This document shows, piece by piece, positions 24,836 to 36,469 of a stretch of 64,000 nucleotides of DNA (position 1 is the stretch's first letter; the number at the start of each line of letters is the position of its first letter). The stretch is from Hypanus sabinus. Taxonomy: Eukaryota. The notes below the pieces were generated by a model. It was not told the origin of the DNA, searched no databases, and saw only the letters and a list, made by a program, of their open reading frames with translations. The DNA lies in assembly GCF_030144855.1 (NCBI RefSeq), contig NC_082722.1, positions 21,018,001 through 21,082,000 of the forward strand. The letters run 5' to 3'. The translations under genes and the position numbers were made by a program.

Positions 24836-25212
24836 GTACTGTAGTCTTAAGGCACATCACCCATGAGTAAGGTCATTTTGAATACCTCTATCGGGGCCCT
24901 TTGACTTTCTGCACAAGTTTCCAACGAGGTCAGATGGGACACCTTGCCATGTTCTGGGGACTTCTGCACCCGAATTTGCCTCAAGGCTATAATCCGTATT
25001 TGGGCCATGACATATCTTCTGGTTTGATTTAGTTTTATAGTCACTGTGCAGGTCTCCCGACTAAGTACAAATGGAAATATATCAGATCTCGCCCCATCTC
25101 TTTCGGCTCCAGGGATTGTTGAACCCGCTGGTCTTCAAATGGATCTTTTATTTTTTTTCTGTCGCTATCCCTTTATGCTTTTTGTATCTGCAGCAGCCCT
25201 TCGATTTTTTTT

Positions 25213-25545
25213 TCACCTTAGAATTGTCCTTCATTTAGAATTTGAAAAGGCCAAGAACGTTGACGTTCGTACAGGCGTAGGAAGTGGAGTCCGGCAACCG
25301 TGAGCTCCGGATGGCTGTTGTAGGCAGAGTGAAATCCTAACTGCTGTGGTAAACAGATAAAGCAATCTAACTATTGAATCTCCCCTGGTAGACACCGACC
25401 ATGGATGTAGCGGAAGCAGCCCACGTTTACAGGACCTGAAAGTTAAGCTCGCAATTTCCACAAACGATCCTATAACAGTGCCAAGTCAGAGTCGACAATT
25501 TTGCTGCAGGACTCCAAGTTTTTAGAAAGAATGGAACTATAGAAT
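25213..25545 (-). pseudogene. Decayed Ig V-set exon, NKp30/NCR3-like
   Basis: Minus strand reads VLQQNC..LGTVIGSFV (Cys 25495-25497), then YQGRF..DFTL..AIRSSRLPDSTSYAC (DxxxYxC at 25291-25271), then NVLGL and shifted GTIL. Cys-Cys spacing is about 75 codons. Several TAG/TAA stops and frameshifts. Confidence 0.6.
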
Positions 25546-26292
25546 CAATCCGCTTAATATCAATTTGCATTTGCGTTCCTGGTTGTTTCATGCAGGAGAT
25601 GATTTGCCACATTCAGTACGGGGGATCTGTTGCAGCAATGGTTCACATTCCGGGGAAAGCTCCATTACTGAATGTTTAGGACAGGAAAGATCAACCCCAA
25701 GACCTGGAACCCTTCCTAAGCGATTGAACAACCAAAATATTAAACTCCATGTGCATTTGTACGATAGAAATCTGCGATATTTTGGGTTTTGTAGCTCAGT
25801 CTTGATACGAAAAGCAAAATCCAAATGTAGCCAGCTTTCCAAACCCAACGGCCACCGCAAGCCCAACTGTGAAATAAAGCTCAAATATCATTCAAAAAAG
25901 AATGTCCTCCTCACTTCGGACATCTTAGCTTCGCTGTCGAGATGTATTATCTCAACGCTTCCTTTCATCCATCTCCCAAGGGAACTGTGTTTTATTTTGC
26001 ATATTTTGTGACTAGCTATGCTGGATGGTAACTATATGTGTGTGTGTGTGACTACATACTGTATTTTGCAACTTGGTCCCAGAAAAACAATGTTTCGCTT
26101 AGTGGTGTGTGTGCATGGTTCAACAACAAAAAAAAACTGAACGTGAAATAACAGAATTTATTAAATACTGGTTAATATTTGCGGGTAACTCATTTGATAG
26201 TTAAAATATCATGCTAGTTGTTGGGGAGATAAAGTCTCTACCTGCACTGAAATGGATTGGAAATACCCAATATAAATTTGTTTTTATTCAAG

Positions 26293-26586
26293 TTCCTCCA
26301 ACTCCATTGGAAATTGTTCCTGTTGGAGGACTTTCGTCTCCTCAAAAGCTCCTTTGTAAAACGGCTGCCTTTTACCCGGAGAAATTAGAAATCGTTTGGC
26401 AAAGAAATAACAAAATAATTCAGTTTGGATTAGAAAGTGTGACAAACCGGAGCGTGGATGGCTTGAACGAAGCTTCTAGTTTATTGGAAATCACGCAGTC
26501 TACTTGGGGAAAAGATGTTTACATCTGTCTGGTGTCGCATGTCTCCCTCACGGTGCCTGCCTGTTTCAGCTACATCCTGGAGCAAG
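26293..26586 (+). CDS. Gene A exon: Ig C1-set domain
   Basis: Acceptor ttttattcaAG, donor GTAAG, 294 bp, phase 1-1, open. LLCKTAAFYPEKLEIVW...YICLVSHVSL matches CxxxxFYPxxIxVxW / CxVxHxSL; N-glycosylation site NRS. Confidence 0.9.
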
Positions 26587-27187
26587 GTAAGATGGTGTCG
26601 TGATGATGTCCTGATGTTTGATCTCGGCCTTAAATGTTGACACTTTAGGTTTGCCTGATCGGCTAAGTTCTTCCAGGATTTTATGTGTTACTCTGGATCT
26701 CAACATATTCAGAATCACTTGCCCTCAGTGTAAGATGGAAGTGCTTACAAGTCATAGTGGACGGTCAATGTAACCTTGTTAAGAACAGTAACCGAACTGC
26801 TATGCAAACACAGAAGAATTAATAATTCTGAAGATTGGTAATTGACAGGGAATATTAATCGTGAAAATAATTCAGTAGTTGATGCGTTATTCCCGTCGGT
26901 GTAACTCGTGTAGGACGAATTAAGAAATTGAGTACATGCAGTATTTGTACTGTAGCAAACGTCTGGACATTTGCTAAAAATATGACAAAGCAAATCGTAA
27001 ACTCTAAAACACATTGGGATAGAACAACGGTGGGGATATACATTTCGTATCCTACGATATATTTTCCGATCATCTGTAGTGAGATTAAAAACGAGCCTAT
27101 AAAATATTTGGATTCTCATCTTTGCATTTGTTTATAGATGAATAAATGCTTCACAGTTTCTTGCTTTTTCCCCTGTTGATCCACAAG

Positions 27188-27286
27188 GTGCTGATACTAA
27201 ATTGATTCTCGCATATACAGTGGACGGATTAGCAATTTTAGCACTGATAATAGTTTTGGCGAAAGTCAACTTAAAGAGATCGCACG
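27188..27286 (+). CDS. Gene A exon: transmembrane segment
   Basis: Acceptor gctttttcccctgttgatccacaAG, donor GTAAAT, 99 bp, phase 1-1. GADTKLILAYTVDGLAILALIIVLAKVNLKRSH: hydrophobic run followed by a basic stop-transfer. Confidence 0.82.
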
Positions 27287-27889
27287 GTAAATGCGCTGAT
27301 CGCTGAGAAACAATACCTCTATTCGTCCAAACAGACGCGTAAATGACATTTAACTTCAAAACAGTAAATGTACTTTACAAAATGATTGGACATGGATCGC
27401 AGTTTTCAAAGACAAATTTCAGTGATAATATTCGGTTATAATAGAAGCTAGAACTTAAAATTCAGCTGTTTCACCAGTCGACTCGAAGTATTACACATCT
27501 CATTCACAAATACTTTTCCATGACTTTGGAACTCTTCAACTGTTTTAAGCACAATGGCAGGTCCATATTTTGAAGCATAAAAAACAATGTCGAACTCGTT
27601 CAATTCGCATTGATTTTAATTTCCATTTCAGCGACAGTATTTAAATGTACTACGGCCAGTGATATGCTCTCATCACATTACGGCTTCGTTAGAAGTCTAA
27701 GTTTAATGAGCATAGTGCCATAAGGTAGACGTGGAACACAGTGTACTATGATATCTCCAAATGCTTTCTGAAATATCGGTGTCTTGAGCTCTTCCCCTTA
27801 CACAATGAATTCGATTGGTATCAAACGAATAATGTCCAATTTTTACAATACAAATAATTCATTTTATCTTTCTTAAGGGATTAACACAG

Positions 27890-27955
27890 GTTCTTTGGAC
27901 AGGTCTCAGAATGAAGAGCCGGCAGATGAATTGGTCCGTCTTCTTTCAGAGCCAC
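27890..27955 (+). CDS. Gene A cytoplasmic exon 1 (predicted)
   Basis: Acceptor ttaacacAG; 66 bp, phase 1-1, open (GSLDRSQNEEPADELVRLLSEP). Donor GTATAC is weak. Confidence 0.5.
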
Positions 27956-28689
27956 GTATACGCATATTAGAGATATTATAAATTTATTTTGTTCCGTAAC
28001 ATTTTGGAATGCAGCAGGGTTTGTAGGGAAGAATTAAACCATTCTCTCTGACTACTCTTTGTTTTGAAGTATATATCCAAGTTGTCTTTGAATATTCCTG
28101 CTGAAAGTGCTTCCTACGTCTTTGAGGGTTCCACACCAGTTCCTAACCAGTTGGATTAAGGTGGACGGTAATATTGACTAATGGAAGTTAAGATGTTAAT
28201 CATAGTTCGTGAGACGAATAATTAAATACAAATCTAAGACTGGGACGTTTTACATGTCAAATATCGGTTAACAAGAATCACGGTGTAATGCCAATCAGAA
28301 AGTACAGTTCACACAGGAATCATTTCACAGTATATGTTCCAGTTGATTTTACCGCACAATAAGCAGGATCAGCAATTCAGCGAACTCTTGTTTTGGAAAG
28401 TCATATGTAGTTTTTAACCCCGATTCCCAGCAAAGACATAACCTGAATAACCTGAATAACCGTGAATAACCTGCAATGTAATAAAATATGGAAGAAGAAA
28501 ACCTTGTAGTATGTGGTGCTCAATGATACCCAAACGAAAATCCACAAGACACCTTATACTCCACGAGGCTCTGCTGAGTGACGATCATCCTCAATTTCGA
28601 AGGAAATGCCTGAAACGTATAAAAGTACTGCCATCTCACATTTTGGATCCAAACCAAACATTAAAAACCTCCAACACAACTTTTATGTG

Positions 28690-28985
28690 TTGGCTAGTGG
28701 ATAAGGCATCGGTCTAGTGATCTGAAGTTCACCGGATCGAGCGTCAGTGAGGCAGCGTGTTGTGTCCTTGAGCAAGCACTTAACAACACATCGCTCTGCG
28801 ATGACACTGGTGCCAAGCTGCTTGGGTCCTAGTGCCCTTCCCTTCGACTACATCGGAGCCTTGGAGAGGGGAAGGCTTGCAGCTTGGACAACTGCCAGTC
28901 CCCCGTACAGCCCTGCCCAGGCCTGCGCCCTGGATACCTTCCAAGTCGCAAATCCATGGTCTCACGAGACTAACGGATGCCTATA
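28690..28985 (+). mobile_element. tRNA-derived SINE with CORE-like domain
   Basis: Head GGCTAGTGGATAAGGC...GGATCGAGC (A/B-box-like), then TGTGTCCTTGAGCAAGCACTTAAC resembling the CORE motif GTGxCCTTGxGCAAGxCACTTAAC. Confidence 0.55.
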
Positions 28986-29759
28986 ACGAATCTTTGGAAG
29001 GAGAAACAGTTGTCCCTTCAGATTGAAATCCCCTTCCCAGAAAGCAACGTAAACGTTAATTGTTCCTCTTTGCTCTCTTGTTTCCTGATCTACCGTGCGT
29101 TTTGTTTGTCCGTTTTACTTCAGATTTCCAGCAGTTCAATGCTCACCGACGCAGCAGAATTCGCCTGTCAGCATATCGGTTGGATACCCAACTGTCTACA
29201 ACTGGAAGCGTTATCTTGTGTTGCAATAATAACCTTCCCAGTTTTAGCGCGTAGTTTTACTTCTAGGGAAAGATACCTGCTGCAGCATCTTTTCACATCA
29301 CCAAAACAAAGTTGCCATATATAATACTGGCTTCATTATATTAGAACTCTGTAAATACTTTCATCAGCGTTCGAAACACTTCCCGAAATGAAGGACTGCT
29401 CATGCGAGTAACATCCAAGTTGAAGCTGGAACATTGAAGATACAATTTTTACTGCTACTTCATTGCTCTGGAATGCTGTCTCATTGTTTCAGCCAAAACA
29501 AATGCTGTTTTAGTGATTTACTGTAACGAGCATGACCAACTGCTCTACTTATTTCGATCGTAATTTATTTGATTCACCAACAAAACCAATCAGCTCAACA
29601 GCGGGTAAGAGGCCTCTCCCATATTTGCTGCCTTCTTTACGTAAGTACATCAGGTCTTGCCATTTGTTCTCAGCTTCCTAACTTAAATAATGCGAGTTTT
29701 AAAGGTCACAGCTTCTAACTGCCCCCTGGGGACGAAATCTGCTCAGTAAATAAGAGGTC

Positions 29760-30035
29760 AGTTATTTAAAACAGAGTTGAGGAAGAGCTTCTTCTCCCAG
29801 AGAGTTGTGGAGGTGTGGAATGCACTGCCTCGGTAGACGGTGGAGGCCAATTCTCTGGATGCTTTCAAGAAGGAGCTGGATAGATATCTGATGGATGGGG
29901 GAATCAAGGGATATGGGGACAAGGCAGGGACTGGGTATTGATAGTGAATGATCAGCCATGATCTCAGAATGGCGGTGCAGACTCGAGGGTCCGAATGGTC
30001 TACTTCTGCACCTATTGTCTATTGTCTATTGTCTA
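29760..30035 (+). mobile_element. CR1 3' end with (CTATTGT)n tail
   Basis: RKSFFSQRVVEVWNALP...DAFKKELDRYL, 3' UTR and tandem tail; same family as 57507-59985. Confidence 0.85.
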
Positions 30036-30774
30036 AAATTATTTGACGGGGTACGTGAGGGAAACGAATCGGATGAAGTCCATGCACAAAACTTGGAGGA
30101 ACGTAAGGGATATGACAAAATAAATGAAACAAAGCATATTGCCAGAACTGAGAAACCCGTCGATTGATAGGAAGGGTTTAACTGGTCGTTTGGAAATCTA
30201 AACTGAACGTACTGATTTCCAGCCGGAAATGTATTTGTTATCCCAGTCCTGTACGGACAATATTTGTGTGCACAGACAAAATGTTATTTCAACCATGTTA
30301 AATGCTTGCCTATGATTACATATTCCGAATCAAACTTAGTTCATGGTCACTGAAGGTCAGGACGGAGTGACAGGAACCTTCCCCAAGATGAGGAGGAGGG
30401 CATGGGTCAGAAGGGGAACGAAAATTGCCCAAAAAGTTGTTGATGCCTACATTCTCTGCAGGAAGTCAAAAACAACGGAAATGTCAATAAGTACTGGGTG
30501 ACTTGCCGCCAGAATGAATTGAACCTGCTGCACCGTTCCATTTCATAACGGTGGACCTCTTTGGACCCGACAAAGTAAAAGATGATGCAAAAAAAGAGAA
30601 ACACTGAAAATGTTGGAAATGTTGAATTGTTCACAGCACAGGGGATCAGAAGGATCTTTCAAATCAGTTATAGGGGCTCGAACAAATTTAGATTAAATCA
30701 AAATCCATAGATTCCATATAAATCCAATTTTTAATCTCAGTTAGCAGTATTAAATGTGTTTTTGTTTCTGTCAG

Positions 30775-30878
30775 GCGGAACGGTTGAACACGCCACTGCC
30801 TATGATTCACTAAATATGAGGGAGAGCACAGGATTTCGCAAAGATCGACAGCAAGAAGAGCACATTATCCAATCTCAG
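30775..30878 (+). CDS. Gene A cytoplasmic exon 2 with ITIM/ITSM-like TAYDSL
   Basis: Acceptor tgtttttgtttctgtcAG, donor GTAAAG, 104 bp, phase 1-0, open: GTVEHATAYDSLNMRESTGFRKDRQQEEHIIQSQ. Confidence 0.7.
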
Positions 30879-31179
30879 GTAAAGCAAACAGATTAGTGTG
30901 AATATGAATTTGCTTTTGAGATATAGCAGTGCAACAGAGCTGCCTGGCACAACTAGTTCCTACCGCCGAATTACACCCATGTGACCAATTAGCACACACA
31001 ACGTTGTCTTTGGAATGCGGAAGGAAGTCATTATATAAGACCAACATTATCCCAAAGAGAACTCAGATTAAAAACCTGAGCAGACCTTTGACACTGTACC
31101 AAAATGTAGACTGTTCACCGAAAATGAAACTTTTACCATTTACAACTGAACGCCTTCGAAATATCATCAACATTTTTAC

Positions 31180-31650
31180 AGTCCAGGTGGACTGAAGGCA
31201 TGAAAATTGATCTCTCACTTTTGAAATATCTTATCATTCCACTTCTCTTTTTTTCTCTATTTCCAATTCTGGCTCCCTTTCAAATCTTCTCTTCTCCCCA
31301 TCCGCTCTTCACCTCCACCGGTGCCCCTCCTCCTTCCATTTCTTCCAGTGTCCACTGTCTCCTCCTATCAAATTCCTTCTTGCACACTTTTCTTTTTCCA
31401 CCCATTACCTCCCAGCTTCTACGGCATTCCATCCCCCATCATCCACACGCCTTCTTATTCACCTTCTGTCTCCTATCACCTGCCTTCTTGTAATTTTTCC
31501 ACACATTCTTATTCTAGATTCTGACTCCTTCTTTTGTTGTCATGATAAAGAGCTTCGGACAGAAATGTCGACAGTTTATTTGCCTTCATACATGCTGCCT
31601 TAACTAATGAATCACATCCGCATTTTTTCTGCATTTCTCAAAATTTCCAG
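31180..31650 (+). mobile_element. Penelope-like element 3' fragment
   Basis: GGCATGAAAATTGATCTC (GMKIDL, cf. PLE C-terminal GMNIDFS), CT-rich tract, degenerate hammerhead-like motif at about 31537-31575, terminal repeat. Confidence 0.6.
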
Positions 31651-32391
31651 CATCCACAAAATCCCAACAATTACCTTTTTTTCCCATGGTATTACGAATT
31701 TAATTTCATATGTAATCTGCAAACCAGGAAGCACTAAAAAGCATGAAACTAGGAATAGCTAATCCTTTCCAACGTCCGGCATCGGCTCTATAATGAAAAC
31801 GAATATCTGATAATAACCGAGGAAAAATGAACCAACCGAACATTGGGGTTATTCATGGAAATACCGAACTGTGACAAAACAGTAACCACACGGTATGAAT
31901 GAACAAAGTGCCAACATTCATTCTGTCAGTTGTGTGGTATCCACTGATAACAGTGTCAGTGTGCACTTGGAGTTCTGTTATCAGGTGTGACTGAGGAAAC
32001 ACCCGTAAGATCTATAGTCTAAACAGTTTGCGGCAACCAGACACGTATAACACAAAAATGCGCTTGTATTTTGAGTTAGCGAAATATTCTGTACGATACC
32101 TGTTGCTTCAAGGAGTTCCCTACTCTTCCAACTTGATTTCGTTAAACTTATTTTCAAGTAAGGGAAGAAACGCTTATTTTTCTGTGGGACAACACATGTT
32201 CTTGGAGTGGAAATACTATATGAATCAAAAACAGAAATATTAAAAAAATAACATAAACTTTGTGTAAAATGGCAGAAATCTGAAAATGATTAACTTTTGA
32301 GTGCATCACTAATTTAATTTACAATTTTTGATTCAATTTGTTCAAATCAAAGGATTCTCGTTTAACCGCTAATTTTGAAATATTTCCACAG

Positions 32392-32436
32392 ACTAAAAGA
32401 AATGGAGCTGACAAACTGACTTACGTTGCTGCGTAG
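32392..32436 (+). CDS. Gene A last coding exon (TKRNGADKLTYVAA-stop)
   Basis: Acceptor atatttccacAG, phase 0 matching the previous exon; TAG at 32434-32436; homologous to 52294-52253 on the minus strand. Confidence 0.65.
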   Translation, partial: TKRNGADKLTYVAA

Positions 32437-32934
32437 ATTCGCGATTCGAAAACCACCTCAGCATCCAAACATCAAAACCAACAGACAGTGTACGCAGGTA
32501 TGAATACATCAAAGACTGTGAAGCTGAGAATCCAACTGCAGATTAGAGTTACAGACAGTCAATGAGTGCAACCCCGAGGCATTGCTTCGTTTCATTTCTT
32601 GGATCCAGGAAAGATTGTTAATTGATATAACATGTATAAGTTGACAAGATAAGTGATCATTTTCGTCTTCGACGTTTTTTTTCTTATTTATTTGAGGCGA
32701 TTATCACTGGGGAAAAATGAAAGTAAGAAATTTAAGAATAGTATTCGGAATAAGCCATTCCGCCACTCTCTACTGTCCAGTCATTCGAGGACATAATGTC
32801 TGATATGTTCAACCATATTCTCCTCTCCTCTGTTCAACCACATCTCCTGGTACTCCCTCCACAGTCCTCGGAGGATGAAGACAAACAAATCAGAGATCCG
32901 TCATCACCAGCGAGAGAAAATTTGTTTACAGGAT

Positions 32935-32940
32935 AATAAA
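32935..32940 (+). terminator. Candidate polyadenylation signal for gene A
   Basis: AATAAA about 500 bp after the stop codon; position is the only support. Confidence 0.3.
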
Positions 32941-35934
32941 CACCACAGAGCCATTATTCTTGCTCATTACATCAACGTTCAACCGAGGGAAATATAGATT
33001 TGAAGTTGTGAAAAATATTGCAACGTAATCTTAGGATAACTTCACCGTGCCTCAATATTGATCAGGAAATGCAGTATGATAACAAGAAGAGTACCCTTCT
33101 GTTTCATATACATTCACAGCTTTCTGCTCACGTTTAGCTGTAAAATACAACTGTACTATCACATCGTAGTTGCCGATATCCCAGGGCACCCAAAGGCAAG
33201 AGAAATGCATTGTAACCTGTGTACCTGTCCCATCCCACATTGAAGTAGAGAAGATACGCACATGGTCGCATTAAAGGAGGTCTGGTTTAGATTAATTATA
33301 ATATTTGACTGAAAAACGTGGTTGATAAGTAGATTAAGTAGAATCACGTGTTCAGGTGGGTACTCTCGCAGAATATGGCACCTCGGCGATTAATAACTGT
33401 CAATTGCCCAATAGAGCAAAATAAGTCTGAAATATGCCTACTATTTATTTGGTCAATAGTCAGTAAATTGACCTATTAATCCCGGTTCAGGTAGATGTAT
33501 GAGTGACACAACAGAGTGAGCATCATGTTATAATAATACATTATTGTTATTCATCAGGTCAGCGTGGTTGGTGGATAAGGTGAGGGACTAAGGAAGGTGG
33601 GGAGCAGGTACAGAGAACACCGGCAGAGTAATAAATCCTCTGTCTGATAAGGCAAACAGCAATCTATTCCTGAAACAGTTTCGGTCATCCAGAGAAATTT
33701 GCAAAAATAAGAGAAACGTACACTCTTTGAAGCAAGAGTGGGCCGCTCAGACCAGTTCTGCTGGATATGCTGGCTGGTATAGAATTCCCTATGAAAATCA
33801 TTCATTCACTTTCTTCTCCTAGGCCACTTCACATCTCAAATCTCGTCGATTTCTCCACTTTTAAATATTGTTTTGATATTTACTTTACAGTACAAATGCA
33901 GTTATATCTTGTTCGTTGTTGACATATCGTTGTACTCTATCTTTCATATTCATTTCTTCATCCACTTTTTAAAAACACAAGTAGCCGCTTATCATTTCTC
34001 TGAAGGTCAAAGTCACAAGAGTAGACCAATTTCTCAAGCGTTCCTGGTGCAGTTGATATGTTCTAAAGTGCTTTTTTGGACGTATTTAGTTTCAGCTCAG
34101 TTCAACACCGTTTTATTTCTGTATCACTATTTACTCGCACTGGAGAATGCCCTGTGCAAAAAAAAAAATATATAGTGCTCACTAATACTGATGCAAAAAA
34201 CATGTGAGCTAATTTATTTGGGGAAAAAAGTCAGTACAGTGTAATGAAGAAAGTAAGTAAATACAATAATATAAATGATGATGGGTTCAGGGATTTTAAA
34301 TATTTGCAAATTGGAAAGTCCCGGAATCATCACAATCAAGTGCATTCGGTTATTGCAATGGCCAGTGTCATCCCTGATAACTACGCTGTTATTACGATAC
34401 GTCCACACCGTCCCCCTCCCTCAATTCTATCGCTTTGCGCTGTTACAATCTACTTTGAAACACTCCACTACGAACATACAATACAAACGATAAACTCTGT
34501 CTTATTCACAGAACGCGATTTTGAAACTTGGCTTCTCAGTTTGTTTCAATTCAGACTTCGAGGATGAAATCTCCGTTAAAAATGCTTCGGAGTATCACTG
34601 AGGATGCATTGCACGCAAAATGCGTTTCATTAAACATCTGAAATAAAGGTCGCTTTGCACAACCGACTGAGCAGCATTAATCCCATGGGGTTTCGTTTTC
34701 TTTGATGATGGCGATTTCTCCCATTAACTGTCCAATATACATCCTTTAATCCGTATTAATAAGACATGTTTGCCTTGACAGTTATTATATGTCTTTGTAG
34801 GAATCTGCAGTGAGCAAATTGGATCAACCCTTTCTCGCTACGCTGCCAAACACTCCACCAGTCCATCCCATTGTCACCAGGTTCGGATCTGGCTCAAGTG
34901 CGGAGTGAGAAACACGGAAGTGGGTTGATAGTTCACAAAACTTTAATGCAAACAGTGTTAAAGGGAAAACAAAAGAGCAAATGCTATGCTGAACAGGGCT
35001 GTTAACTAAAACTCTGAAACGGGAAACAAAGCCTGCACTGCCGCTGAAAATAACATCTAAGTATCAAACAAAGACCGCTAGTTTTCAGAATCAGTTGACT
35101 CGAAAGTTCAATTTCTCAAGGAAGATCGACTTCAAACAGACAGCGAAGCATTGTTGTCCTCTGTCCAATTCTCCATAACCACGACAACGACAGTTATGGA
35201 GTTAAATACTATCGCGATTAGATAACAATTAGCCGTAACGTGCATATTTACAGGCACAATTGCCTTGTCTACTGTGCTGCCGAATCCGTGGTTATAACGC
35301 ACACGATCTTGGTTCCACCTGTCACCGGTCACACACGTCCTTTTCACATTTATATATTGCGCATCTTCCCTCCACAAGCTAAATCCTGAGTCTCCAGCTC
35401 AAAACATTAAATACCCGCATGCCTTCACCGGCATTGCTTGGCCCACTGAATCCGTCGAGTAATTTCCTTTTATTTGACATTTTCGAAGATGTTTGTGTAT
35501 ATTCCGAGGAACAATGAAGTTGATTAGCAATTTCCTGGAAACTCAGTATATTTTACTTTAAAGCTTCGCGTTTATATATTTAAATAACACGTTTATGTTG
35601 TGTTATTTTAAAATAATAATGTTCATTGTTGCATAAAAACGAGAATTTCTGTTAAATACACAAATTGCTCATTAATGTACAATACCCGCGTTTAGATCGC
35701 TATGCTCTGTCACCTGTTTCCTTGTATTTTTCGGTTGTGCATTCTCACCAGGATATCCATCGAGATTTCATTTCAGACTTTCCTGAACATGGTCAATGGA
35801 CTTGCCATTCATGTTTTGTGCCGCTAGCACAGCCTTGTTACTCTGCAAGTCAAGAAAATTTGTGTAGAGATGAAGGTGGGTCTGTCATTGCGTCGTTCTC
35901 ATTGAAAGCACGAATCAAGTAAAATTATTAACAC

Positions 35935-36365
35935 AGAATACTCTGCAGATGCTGCGGTCGAAGCAACACCCACAACACGCTGGAGGAACTTAGCAGATCG
36001 GGCAAGCATCCGTGGAAACTATCAGTGAACGTTTCAGGCCGAGACCCTGCGTCAGGACTGAAGTGGGAGGGGGCAGGAGCCCTATAAAGAAGTTGGGGGA
36101 GGGTGGGAAGGAGACGGCTGGTAGATGCCAGGTGAAAAGATTGTTAGGGGAAAGATCAAGGGGTGGGGGAGGGGAAGCAGACAGGGGATAGGCAGGAAAG
36201 GTGAAGAAGGAATGTAAGGGGAAAGCATAATGGGTAATAGAAGGAGGCGGAACCATGAGTGAGGTGATGGGCAGCTGGAGGAGGAGGCAGAGTGAAACTA
36301 GGATGGGGGAAGGGAGGGTGAGGGAATTGCCAGAAGTTGGAGAATTCAATGTTATATTCAAGTAA
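35935..36365 (-). mobile_element. Penelope-like element 3' fragment
   Basis: Minus strand has AACATTGAATTCTCCAACTTC (NIEFSNF), a CT-rich tract, CAGTC-CTGACGC-AGGGTCTCGGCCT-GAAAC-GTT-CACTG and the terminal repeat. Confidence 0.7.
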
Positions 36366-36469
36366 TATTATTGTTCTCGCAAAATGTTCATTTGCAATTT
36401 ATATTTGGATGACGGGCAGGAAGCGGAAGGATCTAAATAGCCAGCGCAGAGTACCCTGTGGCGATCCGC

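Noticed and set aside
27138-27187. Upstream AG (tttatAG) as the TM-exon acceptor
   Set aside because: Gives D-E-stop in phase 1. The acceptor at 27187 has a better pyrimidine tract and keeps the frame; the upstream site could at most make a secreted isoform.
34244-35377. ORFs with V-like snippets (RDDTGHC; LVYCAA) and NYAVI
   Set aside because: Isolated motifs without paired Cys/Trp spacing or splice sites.
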